This document shows positions 37,400-46,376 of a stretch of DNA of 47,557 nucleotides, in pieces. Both the position numbers and the translations under genes were made by a program. Below the pieces are notes generated by a model. That model saw only the letters and a program-made list of their open reading frames with translations, made no database searches and was not told the DNA's origin. The DNA lies in NCBI GenBank assembly GCA_033762115.1, contig JANRLX010000031.1:1-47557 (forward strand). Direction: 5' to 3'. Origin of the DNA: Verrucomicrobiota bacterium (GTDB lineage Bacteria > Verrucomicrobiota > Verrucomicrobiia > Limisphaerales > SXQI01). Within the stretch, counting starts at the first letter, position 1; every line of letters begins with the position of its first letter.

Positions 37400-38172
37400 T
37401 CATTCTGAAGAATGAGCGGGACATCGAAGCGATGCGGGCGGCTGGTTCCATAGCCGGGTCTGTTTTGCAGGAAGTGGCTGATTGGATCAAGCCGGGGTTG
37501 ACGACCCGCGAGATCGATCAATACGCAGCCGGTCGGATCAAGGCCTATGGCGCAAAAAGCGCCTTTTTGGGATATCGCAAGTATCCCTGTTATATATGCA
37601 TCTCGGTCAATGACCAGGTGGTGCATGGCCTGGCCGGAGATCGGCGGGTACAATTTGGCGACATTGTCAGTTTGGATGTCGGCGTGGTTTACAATGGATA
37701 TATCGGTGACACCGCAAGAACGGTGGCGGTGGGTGGTTGCGAGCTGATCTCGCAAAAACTCATTGATGTGACGGAAAAAGCCTTGTATGAAGGCATTTCC
37801 CAGGCACTTCCCGGAAACCGGGTGGTTGATATCTCCCGTGCCATCCAAACGTATGTGGAAAGTAACGGATTCAGTGTCGTCCGTGAATTTGTGGGGCATG
37901 GTGTCGGGAAAACCATGCATGAAGAGCCGCAGGTGCCTAATTTTGTGGACAAAAAAGCGTCCCCGAAGCTACGCCCCGGGATGACTTTGGCGATTGAGCC
38001 GATGGTCAACGCCGGAACTGCGGCGGTGGAAATTTTGGAAGATAACTGGACGGTGGTGACCAAAGATGGTATGCCATCCGCCCATTTTGAACATACGGTT
38101 TTAATAACAGAGAACGAACCGGAAATTTTGACGTGCCCGGAGAAGAAGCCATCTCGGTTGAAGGTACAGTAG
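37396..38172 (+). CDS. map: Methionine aminopeptidase type I
   Basis: SVND.VVHG, D.G, GDT, GHGVG..HEEP, EPM, HFEHT. Confidence 0.98.
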   Translation: MIILKNERDIEAMRAAGSIAGSVLQEVADWIKPGLTTREIDQYAAGRIKAYGAKSAFLGYRKYPCYICISVNDQVVHGLAGDRRVQFGDIVSLDVGVVYNGYIGDTARTVAVGGCELISQKLIDVTEKALYEGISQALPGNRVVDISRAIQTYVESNGFSVVREFVGHGVGKTMHEEPQVPNFVDKKASPKLRPGMTLAIEPMVNAGTAAVEILEDNWTVVTKDGMPSAHFEHTVLITENEPEILTCPEKKPSRLKVQ

Positions 38173-38354
38173 TGGAAGTTTTGCCGAAAACTTTGTTTCG
38201 TGTGGAACTGCCGAATGGTCACCGGATCCTGGCACATACATCCGGCAAGATGCGGTTGAATTTCATCCGCCTCGGGCTGGGTGACAAAGTAACGGTTCAG
38301 ATGTCGCCCTACGACCTGTCGAAGGGCCAGATTACACTTAAAGAACAGCAGTAA
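38133..38354 (+). CDS. infA: Translation initiation factor IF-1
   Basis: EG.V.E.LP..F.V.L.NGH..LAH.SGKMR, SPYDL; GTG start inside map. Confidence 0.96.
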   Translation: MPGEEAISVEGTVVEVLPKTLFRVELPNGHRILAHTSGKMRLNFIRLGLGDKVTVQMSPYDLSKGQITLKEQQ

Positions 38355-38359
38355 CGATT

Positions 38360-38473
38360 ATGAAAGTCAGGGCCTCAGTGAAAAAACTTTGCGAACATTG
38401 CAAGGTGATCCGCCGCAAGGGCATCATTCGTGTCATTTGCACGAACGCCCGGCACAAACAACGTCAGGGTTAA
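38360..38473 (+). CDS. rpmJ: 50S ribosomal protein L36 (Zn-ribbon form)
   Basis: Manual translation [37 protein letters not shown]; too short for the ORF track. Confidence 0.98.
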   Translation: MKVRASVKKLCEHCKVIRRKGIIRVICTNARHKQRQG

Positions 38474-38485
38474 TTTTAAATTTCT

Positions 38486-38881
38486 ATGGCACGTATTTTA
38501 GGTGTTGATATTCCCGGAGACAAGCGCATCGATATTGCGCTTCGTTACATCTACGGCATCGGTCCCGTCAACGCGCGCGAGATTCTTACCCGCGCCAACA
38601 TTGACCCGGCCATTCGCGCAAAAAATCTGGATGAAAACCAGATGTCCCAAATCGTCCATGCCATCCAGGAAGGAAAGTATGTGATCGAGGGTGACCTCCG
38701 TCGCGAAATTGGCATGAACCTGAAACGTCTGCAAGGGATCAAGTGCTACCGTGGCGTTCGCCATCTGCGCAGCCTTCCAGTGCGCGGCCAACGCACCCAG
38801 ACCAATGCCCGTACCCGCAAGGGACCGCGCAAAACAGTCGGCGTGCAACGCAACCCGAATGCAAAAACAGGCATTCATTAA
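38486..38881 (+). CDS. rpsM: 30S ribosomal protein S13
   Basis: [28 protein letters not shown]. Confidence 0.99.
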   Translation: MARILGVDIPGDKRIDIALRYIYGIGPVNAREILTRANIDPAIRAKNLDENQMSQIVHAIQEGKYVIEGDLRREIGMNLKRLQGIKCYRGVRHLRSLPVRGQRTQTNARTRKGPRKTVGVQRNPNAKTGIH

Positions 38882-38906
38882 CCGCTAATTTCAACCAGGA
38901 TTTACA

Positions 38907-39533
38907 ATGGCCGACGAAACAAAACCTAAAAAAGCTTCTCCCAAAAAGGAAAAGCCTGAAGCCGCTGCTGCGGCACCCGCTCCAGAAGGCGCTGCCGCTC
39001 CTGCCGAGCCAAAGACGCCCAAGGCAAAAAAAGCTGCCGCCCCTGCTGCTGAAACCAAAACGGATGCCGCCGCTGCCACTCCCGCTGCCCCGGTTGCTCC
39101 CGTTGCCGCCGCTGCGCCGACAGCTGCTGAATTGCTCGGCGATGACGCTGCCAGCAAAAAAATCATCAAGGCCAAGGGCGCCAAAAACATCTCTGTTGGC
39201 ATCGCCAATATCCTGGCGACTTTCAACAACACCCTTGTCAGCATCACCGACATGCACGGCAACACTCTCGGCTGGTCCAGCGCTGGTCGCGTTGGTTTCA
39301 AGGGTTCCCGCAAGAGTACCGCGTTTGCGGCCCAGCAGGTTGCCCAGGACGCTGCCCGCCAGGCCATGGCGCACGGCATGCGCGAAGTGGAAATCCGCGT
39401 CAAAGGACCTGGCTCCGGTCGTGAATCCGCCATCCGCGCATTGCAGGCAATCGGTTTGGAAATCAGCACCATTAAAGATTGTACCCCGGTGCCGCACAAC
39501 GGTTGCCGCCCGCGCAAAAAACGTCGCGTGTAA
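38907..39533 (+). CDS. rpsK: 30S ribosomal protein S11 with about 80 aa Ala/Pro/Lys-rich N-terminal extension
   Basis: [36 protein letters not shown]. Confidence 0.98.
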   Translation: MADETKPKKASPKKEKPEAAAAAPAPEGAAAPAEPKTPKAKKAAAPAAETKTDAAAATPAAPVAPVAAAAPTAAELLGDDAASKKIIKAKGAKNISVGIANILATFNNTLVSITDMHGNTLGWSSAGRVGFKGSRKSTAFAAQQVAQDAARQAMAHGMREVEIRVKGPGSGRESAIRALQAIGLEISTIKDCTPVPHNGCRPRKKRRV

Positions 39534-39558
39534 TCAAGGAGAATTTTAAGGACTTACT

Positions 39559-40167
39559 ATGGCTCGTTATACAGGACCACGTGTTCGCATTAGCCGACGC
39601 TTCGGCACTCCGATTTTCGGCCCCTCGAAATATCTCGAGCGGAAAGCGTATCCACCCGGCATGCACGGCCCCAAGGCCCGTCGCAAGCACACAGATTATG
39701 CTCTCGGCCTGATCGAGAAGCAGAAACTTCGCTATTACTACGGTTTGCAGGAACGCCAGTTCCGTGGTGTTTATGAGCGTGCGCTTCGCCAGCGCGGTGT
39801 CACCGGCGAAACCATGCTCCAAATCCTTGAAACCCGCCTCGACAACGTGGTATTTCACCTGGGTTTCGGCTCCACCCGCGCCGCTGCCCGACAAATGGTA
39901 ACTCACGGTCACGTCAAGGTTAATGGCCGCAAAGTCAGCGTGCCATCCTATGCCTTGAAGGTAAATGACGTCATCGAGGTCAAGGACACCAACGTGTCCC
40001 GCCAGATGGCCACCAAGGGGCTTGAGATTTCAACCAGCCGCCCAATCCCTGATTGGGTGCAGTTGGACAAGGGCGCCTTTAAAGGCACCGTTCTCCGGGT
40101 TCCTTCCCGTGATGATATCCAGCCTGTTGCCAATGAGCAGGCCATTGTTGAATTTTATTCCCGATAA
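39559..40167 (+). CDS. rpsD: 30S ribosomal protein S4
   Basis: MARYTGP, EKQK, LE.RLDNVV, ARQ.V.HGH, VEFYSR. Confidence 0.99.
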   Translation: MARYTGPRVRISRRFGTPIFGPSKYLERKAYPPGMHGPKARRKHTDYALGLIEKQKLRYYYGLQERQFRGVYERALRQRGVTGETMLQILETRLDNVVFHLGFGSTRAAARQMVTHGHVKVNGRKVSVPSYALKVNDVIEVKDTNVSRQMATKGLEISTSRPIPDWVQLDKGAFKGTVLRVPSRDDIQPVANEQAIVEFYSR

Positions 40168-40281
40168 ACATAACCCGCTGTGCGTCGCGGCCTGTCGCCG
40201 GGACGCACGCCAAAAGCAATTACATGGACCTGCCCGGAATGGGAATAAACAGGCAGGTCAGATTAAAATTGCAGTAAATAT

Positions 40282-41292
40282 ATGCCAGTACGTTTAGGTC
40301 GTTTTGAAATGCCCAAGCGCTTGGTCAAGGATGACCAGGGTGCTACAGAAACTTATGCCAGGTTTATTGCCGAACCGTTTGAAACCGGTTACGGACATAC
40401 CATTGGCAACTCGCTCCGCCGTGTCCTGCTCTCCTCACTCGAAGGCGCGGCCATTACCTCCATCAAGATCGATGGGGCAATGCACGAGTTCACCACCATC
40501 GAAGGGGTGGTCGAAGATGTCACTGACATCATTTTGAATCTTAAAAAAGTTCTCTTCAAATCCAACAGTCGGGACCAGCAAACCCTTCTCCTCTCTGTTC
40601 ATAAGGAAGGGACCGTCACTGCTGGCGACATCCGCCTCAATGCCGGACTCGAAATCGTCAATCCAAAGCAGGTCATCTGCACGTTGGACAAAAAGAAAAA
40701 ATTTGAAATGGAGCTGGAGGTCAAGGTCGGTCGCGGCTTCTGCCCCGGTGACGAAAACAAACGTCCCGACCAGGCCATCGGCGTCATCGCCATTGATTCC
40801 CTCTTCTCACCTGTCAGCCGCGTTCGTTACAACGTGGAAAGCGCCCGTGTCGGCCAGCGTACTGACTACGACCGTTTGATTGTCGAAATCTGGACTGATG
40901 GGCGCATCACCCCTGATGACGCACTTACCCAGGCTTCCGCAATTCTCCAGCATCACCTCGATGTGTTCGTGGGATATGACAAAAACGCTGTCGAATTCGA
41001 GGAAGTTGCTGACAAGCAGGATGACGAACGCGGTCGCCAGCGCAAGCTGCTCAACATGAGCGTTAACGAAATCGAATTAAGCGTTCGCGCAGCAAACTGC
41101 TTGAACAATGCCAACATCACCACTGTCGGTCAGTTGGCAATGAAAACCGAGAGTGAAATGCTCAAGTATCGCAACTTCGGTAAAAAATCTCTTAACGAAA
41201 TCAAAGATAAACTGGCAAGTCTTGGCCTCTCCCTGGGAATGAATATTGATCCTGCATTGCTGGACGCTCCCAAGGAAGATAAAGCTGCCTAA
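40282..41292 (+). CDS. rpoA: RNA polymerase subunit alpha
   Basis: EP.E.GYG.TIGNSLRRVLLSS, RVGQ.TDYD.L, LSVRAANCL, NFGKKSL.EI. Confidence 0.99.
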   Translation: MPVRLGRFEMPKRLVKDDQGATETYARFIAEPFETGYGHTIGNSLRRVLLSSLEGAAITSIKIDGAMHEFTTIEGVVEDVTDIILNLKKVLFKSNSRDQQTLLLSVHKEGTVTAGDIRLNAGLEIVNPKQVICTLDKKKKFEMELEVKVGRGFCPGDENKRPDQAIGVIAIDSLFSPVSRVRYNVESARVGQRTDYDRLIVEIWTDGRITPDDALTQASAILQHHLDVFVGYDKNAVEFEEVADKQDDERGRQRKLLNMSVNEIELSVRAANCLNNANITTVGQLAMKTESEMLKYRNFGKKSLNEIKDKLASLGLSLGMNIDPALLDAPKEDKAA

Positions 41293-41306
41293 TTCGCAGG
41301 ACAGTC

Positions 41307-41729
41307 ATGAGACATTTAAAACGCACAGCCAAACTCGGTCGCACCTCCTCACATCGCAACGCGATGCTGGCGAACCTTGTTTGCAGCCTGATCAAGCACA
41401 ACCGGATTACCACCACCCTGGCCAAGGCCAAGGCAGCCCGTTCAGTGGCGGAAAAAATGGTCACCCTCGGCAAAGCCGGGACTATCCATGACCGCCGACT
41501 CGCCGCTGCCCGCCTTCATCAGGAAGATGCGGTGAAAATCCTTTTCAACGAAATCGCTCCCAAGCACAAGGATCGCCAGGGAGGATATACCCGCATCATC
41601 AAACTGCACCAGCGCCAGGGTGATTCAGCCCAGGAAGCCATTCTTGAATGGGTGGATTTCAGTTTGGAGGGCGGGAGCGGAACTGCCGCTGCAGCCCCTG
41701 CTGAAACCAAGCCCGAAGAGAAAAAATAA
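41307..41729 (+). CDS. rplQ: 50S ribosomal protein L17
   Basis: MRH....KLGRT.SHR.A, I.TT.AKAK, GGYTRI.K. Confidence 0.99.
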   Translation: MRHLKRTAKLGRTSSHRNAMLANLVCSLIKHNRITTTLAKAKAARSVAEKMVTLGKAGTIHDRRLAAARLHQEDAVKILFNEIAPKHKDRQGGYTRIIKLHQRQGDSAQEAILEWVDFSLEGGSGTAAAAPAETKPEEKK

Positions 41730-41750
41730 TTTCGGTTGATTTAAAATCGC

Positions 41751-41783
41751 AAGCCCGCTTGATCACAAGCGGGCTTTTTCTTT
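41751..41783 (+). terminator. Rho-independent terminator ending the alpha operon
   Basis: AAGCCCGCTTG-atca-CAAGCGGGCTT followed by tttcttt. Confidence 0.92.
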
Positions 41784-41849
41784 GCCCACGAGAAATCTGT
41801 AATTTCGGATTGCTTGAATGTTTCATTCACGTTACGAATATTCCAGTTG

Positions 41850-42215
41850 ATGGCACAGCTTGCTGAACATCAGGTAATAACCTGGGGAAAAACCTTTCAG
41901 GAAGCCTTCTGTGAAAAATTTCGGTGCCCCCCGAACAAGTTTGAAGAGAAGGTTTTTTGGAAATGCATGCATCTTCATGCATTTGTCCCGGCACTCTATT
42001 TTTATAAAAAAAATCCCGGGATATTTAAGGAAGACTTCGATTTCATTCGTGAAATCGCCACGGTCAGGGACTCGGACATTTTTAAAAGTGAGCTCAACCG
42101 CTTTCACGGGCGGAACCTGCGTGACAAATCCTGGTTAAGGGGAACCTTTGCAGTGCGTCTTTCCGGAAAACGGCTCATTCGCCTGAAAAACGAAGTCATC
42201 AAAGGATTGGATTAA
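41850..42215 (+). CDS. Hypothetical protein
   Basis: 121 aa from ATG 41850 (track start 41814); protein-like composition; fills the gap and its stop overlaps the matrixin stop. Confidence 0.7.
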   Translation: MAQLAEHQVITWGKTFQEAFCEKFRCPPNKFEEKVFWKCMHLHAFVPALYFYKKNPGIFKEDFDFIREIATVRDSDIFKSELNRFHGRNLRDKSWLRGTFAVRLSGKRLIRLKNEVIKGLD

Positions 42216-43954
42216 GGAAGCAGTTCCAATTTATAAAACCGGTTTCCGCTACTGTTTCCTGAATCAACGATTTCGGTCAAATCTCCAGTGGCCTGTTTGA
42301 CCTGCCCCACCGCTGCCCAATCGTCTGAAGGAGCCAACGCCTCCTTAAAGTATAATTGATACTGTTTTCCTGCTTCGCTTTTAAACGTCACCACCGCCGA
42401 CCCGCGGGAAATCCGGATTTGTTGAATGAGAAAAGAAAATGAATTTGGGTTGGTTGGGTCTGTGCCTGTTCGAAATTCAAATCCATTTCCAAACCGATCC
42501 CCATCAGGATCACTTCCCGACGCTGCCTCCGGAGCGGTGAAACGTGCAAAATATCTTCTCTGAAACAGGTCATCCAATCCGTCGAAATTGTGATCGGCAA
42601 CCGGTGGCAGAATTTCCAGGTAACCATTCGCGTAAGCGCGGTCCCCTCCACGCGATACGACAAAGCTTCTTAGCCCGGGGATTGCGTTGCTGGAGACGCT
42701 GAATTGAAGGGAAAGCAAATGAATTCCTCCGGCAAAACGATTTGGTTTGTAGATCGTGGGGCCTGTTGAAATTCCATTTCCTGTGATCTGAAGGGTGGCA
42801 TCAGAGGGAAGTGTGGTGGAAGAAACCCCAACGAAAAGGTTCGATTGCCCTTGCCGGACTGACATGGCAAAGCGGTTCAGGCTGTCCGCTTCGGTAAATG
42901 GGGTCGGTTTGCTGATGGAAGAGATCCGAAAGGGAGGCAATCCTGCGGTAACTGCAAATGACTGGGTTGCCATTCCTCCCGCGGTCACGACCACATTGGA
43001 ATTGTCAGTTGCCAGGAAAGAGGTGTCTGCATCGTTATAAGGAACAAAGGCTATATCGATTCCACGGATCAAGGAATTGTTTTTTGAAGAGGAGGCTGGG
43101 TCCAAAGGGCTTACCCGGACGTTGTAATTACCGGGGGAAAGCATGGGCAGGGCATAATTGCCACTCGCATCCGTTACCGTTCCGGCAGCGACATTGCCGT
43201 TCATGTCCTCTGCCGTGACCATGGCACCCAGGATTGGCGCACCGTTTTTGGTGACGGTTCCTCGAATTTCGCCGAGTGAACTGGAAAGCCCCGGCGCGGG
43301 GTAAAGGTAACGAGCGGCTGCAATCTCATCCACCGAGAGCCCTGCTTCCGTGCTGATTCCACCGCCGCCATCAATCACGGTTGCACCACCCACCGGGGTG
43401 TGATCGAGGCCGATGAAATGCCCGATTTCATGGCAAACCACAGCCTCAACAAACCTGGAAGCGCTGATTGTATTGGTAAAGTCAGTGATCCATGAAGTTT
43501 CAAAGCCATTTAAAACAATATCGGCCTGGAGGATTTCATTATTCACGGAGTAAAGAATTGAGGAGAAACCAGCGCGTCCGCTCATGTCATTGCCAGCAAC
43601 GAAGCGGGTCTTTGTCCAAAAGATGACGTTTGTATTATCCTCAAGATCGATTGTCAGGGTGCCGGGAAGCAAACCGCCCTCTTCAAATTTTAATGTGGTG
43701 CCAGGGACTGACTGCCATTGGTCGAATGAAACGCGAATGGCATTGAGTTCGGCAGCGCGATTTCCTGTTGAATAAGTCTCCGCGCCAATAAAATAACGAA
43801 TGGCTTTGGTGGAGGGATTCACCAGGTTTGGATGGTAAGTTCCTGTTTCAATGTTCCAGCGCAATGGATTTCCATTTTCGACATAAGGAACGAATGAATA
43901 TGCGGAAAGGACCGAACAGACATACAAAATGCAATATGAAATGAGGCGAGTCAT
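42212..43954 (-). CDS. Secreted matrixin-like (M10) zinc metalloprotease with carboxypeptidase-regulatory-like, Ig-like and DxDxDG Ca-binding modules
   Basis: Signal peptide, W..V....F, ADIVLN, HEIGHFIGLDH, G.I.GTVT...TD.SGNY.L..L.PG.Y.V, DPDGD...FE...GTDP. Confidence 0.88.
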   Translation of the reverse strand: MTRLISYCILYVCSVLSAYSFVPYVENGNPLRWNIETGTYHPNLVNPSTKAIRYFIGAETYSTGNRAAELNAIRVSFDQWQSVPGTTLKFEEGGLLPGTLTIDLEDNTNVIFWTKTRFVAGNDMSGRAGFSSILYSVNNEILQADIVLNGFETSWITDFTNTISASRFVEAVVCHEIGHFIGLDHTPVGGATVIDGGGGISTEAGLSVDEIAAARYLYPAPGLSSSLGEIRGTVTKNGAPILGAMVTAEDMNGNVAAGTVTDASGNYALPMLSPGNYNVRVSPLDPASSSKNNSLIRGIDIAFVPYNDADTSFLATDNSNVVVTAGGMATQSFAVTAGLPPFRISSISKPTPFTEADSLNRFAMSVRQGQSNLFVGVSSTTLPSDATLQITGNGISTGPTIYKPNRFAGGIHLLSLQFSVSSNAIPGLRSFVVSRGGDRAYANGYLEILPPVADHNFDGLDDLFQRRYFARFTAPEAASGSDPDGDRFGNGFEFRTGTDPTNPNSFSFLIQQIRISRGSAVVTFKSEAGKQYQLYFKEALAPSDDWAAVGQVKQATGDLTEIVDSGNSSGNRFYKLELLP

Positions 43955-44451
43955 TTTGTGGATAAGAGCAGTCTCTTCAATTCATTCAAACTGATTTTCA
44001 GAGGCGAAGCGGGTTCTTCTGCATGCAGATCGGGCCGTGACAGTAAAAGTTCGTTTCCCTTTTTTTGAAGGTCAAATTTACCCTGCCACATTCCAGAGGT
44101 GGTCCATTCCCCTGAGTCATTGCGCACACAAAAGACAACCACCTCCTGATCCAATTGATAGTTCGGTTGCCCAGTGACCACAACCCGCTGCTCACCGAGA
44201 ATGCCGCCCGATTGCACCAGGTCGAGCAGGGGTGTTTGAGCCGTTCCTTTTAAGAATTCACTTACCTGCATCCTGTACCGCGTCACAATTTGTCCATGGT
44301 TGTTACGGGACACATTCATTTCAATCGGTGTGGCGCGGATAATCAAAGGGGCCTTTTCAGCGAGGGTTTGCAACGTCATGGGTTCAACCCCGCTGACAGT
44401 TAGAAAATCCAGCAGGAGAGAAAGGCAAATGAAATGGAGCAGCGGTTTCAT
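43951..44451 (-). CDS. Secreted hypothetical protein, small beta-barrel type often found with matrixins
   Basis: Signal peptide, TL..LA..A..I, G.I.T, V.E.LKG, GG..G, G.P, VVVF, QGKF. Confidence 0.75.
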   Translation of the reverse strand: MKPLLHFICLSLLLDFLTVSGVEPMTLQTLAEKAPLIIRATPIEMNVSRNNHGQIVTRYRMQVSEFLKGTAQTPLLDLVQSGGILGEQRVVVTGQPNYQLDQEVVVFCVRNDSGEWTTSGMWQGKFDLQKKGNELLLSRPDLHAEEPASPLKISLNELKRLLLSTK

Positions 44452-46217
44452 GCTTTTTGTAAATGGGCCGCCAGGACCCGCGAGTAATATCCGGGCTGGT
44501 TGCTGACATCATGAGCAAGGCCAAACGCAGTCACCCGCCCATTCTCCAGAGTAAGAATCTGGTCAAGTCTTTGGATGGTTGATAAACGATGCGCTACCAT
44601 AAACGTGGTCCGCCCCGCAATCAACCTGCCGAGACTATCCATGACCTGCGCTTCATTCTCGGCATCGAGTGAACTGGTGGGTTCATCCAGTACGAGAATG
44701 GGAGCGTTTTTCAAGAAAGCGCGAGCAAGACTTACGCGTTGCTTTTCTCCAACACTGAGCCGGGCATTGCCTTCTCCCACAACTGTATTCAATCCTTCGG
44801 GTAATCGGGCAATCAGTTCCTCCACATTTGCGGCTTTGGCAGCAGCCATAATTTCCTTCTCGCTGGCCTCGGGCCGTGCCAGAGCAATGTTTTCCGCGAG
44901 AGTTCCTGCAAAGAGCAATGATTCCTGAAAAACAAAGGCGACCTTCGACCTTAACTCTCTTAAATCAAATTCGCGAAGATCTGTCTCATTTATCAACACG
45001 CGACCCCGGTCCGGATCGTAAAAACGTGCCAGGAGATGGATCAACGTGGTTTTTCCCGCTCCGCTCGGACCTACAATTGCCAAAGAGGTGCCGCCGAGGA
45101 GGTTGAAAGTTGCATCGCGAAGCACAGCCTGCTTTGGGTCGTAGCCGAAAGTCACCCCTTCGAAACGAACCGTTTCGATTTTTTCGGGAAATGGTTTCGG
45201 TTGGACAGCTTCAGCAACCTGTGGCTGGCTAGACAACAATTCATTAACGCGGGCGGCTCCAGCGCTGGCATCAGCAACAGTGGCACCGAGATGGGAGAGC
45301 TGATTCAGTGGATCGTAAAGTTGGTTGAGGTAGGCAAGAAAAATCATCAATTCACCAACTGTCAGGTTTCCCTGCAACGCTTCCCGTGTGCCAAGAAAAA
45401 CGATCAACGCGGCACCGAGCCCAAATAATATTGTAACGGTGAGCCAATAGATTAATTCCAGTTTATGCTGTTCGCGCCGTTGCAGGCAGGATTGATCAGC
45501 GGTGGCAGCGAAGCGCTTGCTTTCGATCAATTCCCGCGTGTAACTCTGGATCAGTGTGAGCGCAGTGACCGATTGTTGAATTCTGTTGGAAACTTCCCCA
45601 TCCGCCTGGTGGGCGATGATTCCCTGCGCTTTCATTTTTTTGCCAATGCTTGCCATGACCAGCAGGAGAACCGGCAATAAACACAATGCAACGCCGGTGA
45701 GTTTCAGGTTCACCCCGGCCATGACAATCAGCATGATGATGAGCGATAATCCGGCGCTCAGGCTGGTCATGAATCCTTGCTGGAATAATGTTTGAAAGGC
45801 GTAACTGTCCCAGGTGGCACGATAAATCAGGTCGCCCTGGGTGCGGGCCTGGGCCTCCCGCAGGGACATGCGTTGCAGCCAGTCAAAGAGCGTTATCCGG
45901 ACACGCCTGAGACCGCGCAACCCAATATTGATCGAGAGAAAATTCCCGGTTGCTGTAAAAAAACCATGTCCGAGATGAAGCAGAAGGACCAGGGCTGCCA
46001 GGAAAAGAATGATTCCGGGCGTGTTCATTGAGGCGGTGAAACGCTGCAGCAAAAGGGGGAGCGGCTTTTCACCCAGGATAGAATCAATGATCCATGCGAT
46101 TGGCCATGGTTTCAATGCATTGGCACCGGTGCTGAGAAGCATAAGTCCGACCGCGGCAGCGATCCTTTTTAAATCGGGCCTGAACCAATATTGGATTGAT
46201 CGGGTACTTTTGCTCAC
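44448..46217 (-). CDS. ABC exporter, fused permease/ATPase (MsbA-like)
   Basis: Six-TM domain, GPSGAGKTT, LSVGEKQR, LDEPTSSLD, AHRLST. Confidence 0.93.
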   Translation of the reverse strand: MSKSTRSIQYWFRPDLKRIAAAVGLMLLSTGANALKPWPIAWIIDSILGEKPLPLLLQRFTASMNTPGIILFLAALVLLLHLGHGFFTATGNFLSINIGLRGLRRVRITLFDWLQRMSLREAQARTQGDLIYRATWDSYAFQTLFQQGFMTSLSAGLSLIIMLIVMAGVNLKLTGVALCLLPVLLLVMASIGKKMKAQGIIAHQADGEVSNRIQQSVTALTLIQSYTRELIESKRFAATADQSCLQRREQHKLELIYWLTVTILFGLGAALIVFLGTREALQGNLTVGELMIFLAYLNQLYDPLNQLSHLGATVADASAGAARVNELLSSQPQVAEAVQPKPFPEKIETVRFEGVTFGYDPKQAVLRDATFNLLGGTSLAIVGPSGAGKTTLIHLLARFYDPDRGRVLINETDLREFDLRELRSKVAFVFQESLLFAGTLAENIALARPEASEKEIMAAAKAANVEELIARLPEGLNTVVGEGNARLSVGEKQRVSLARAFLKNAPILVLDEPTSSLDAENEAQVMDSLGRLIAGRTTFMVAHRLSTIQRLDQILTLENGRVTAFGLAHDVSNQPGYYSRVLAAHLQKA

Positions 46218-46376
46218 AATGGCGTGATTTCACGCTCGCCAATTTCAAAGGAAACGCTAATTGGTTCCCAACTGTTTTGCATTAAAAATGCCGACCTTGC
46301 TTAATATTCACGAATTTGCCGATGGTCCTGTTTCCGGTCAGGGAATGAACCAGCGGGCGGATCACCCTGCGACCTG

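Noticed and set aside
38950..39130. GCC/GCT-rich repeats as a tandem repeat or CRISPR-like array
   Set aside because: Explained by Ala/Pro codons of the S11 extension; no fixed repeat-spacer period
23958..41710. Many minus-strand or alternative-frame ORFs across the ribosomal superoperon (e.g. 25436-26104, 29684-30391, 38739-39497, 38743-39549)
   Set aside because: They fully overlap conserved ribosomal genes and are typical shadows of highly biased genes
46222..46235. GCGTGA-TT-TCACGC palindrome just upstream of the ABC exporter start
   Set aside because: Six-bp arms are within chance expectation for a 47 kb window, and there is no second copy
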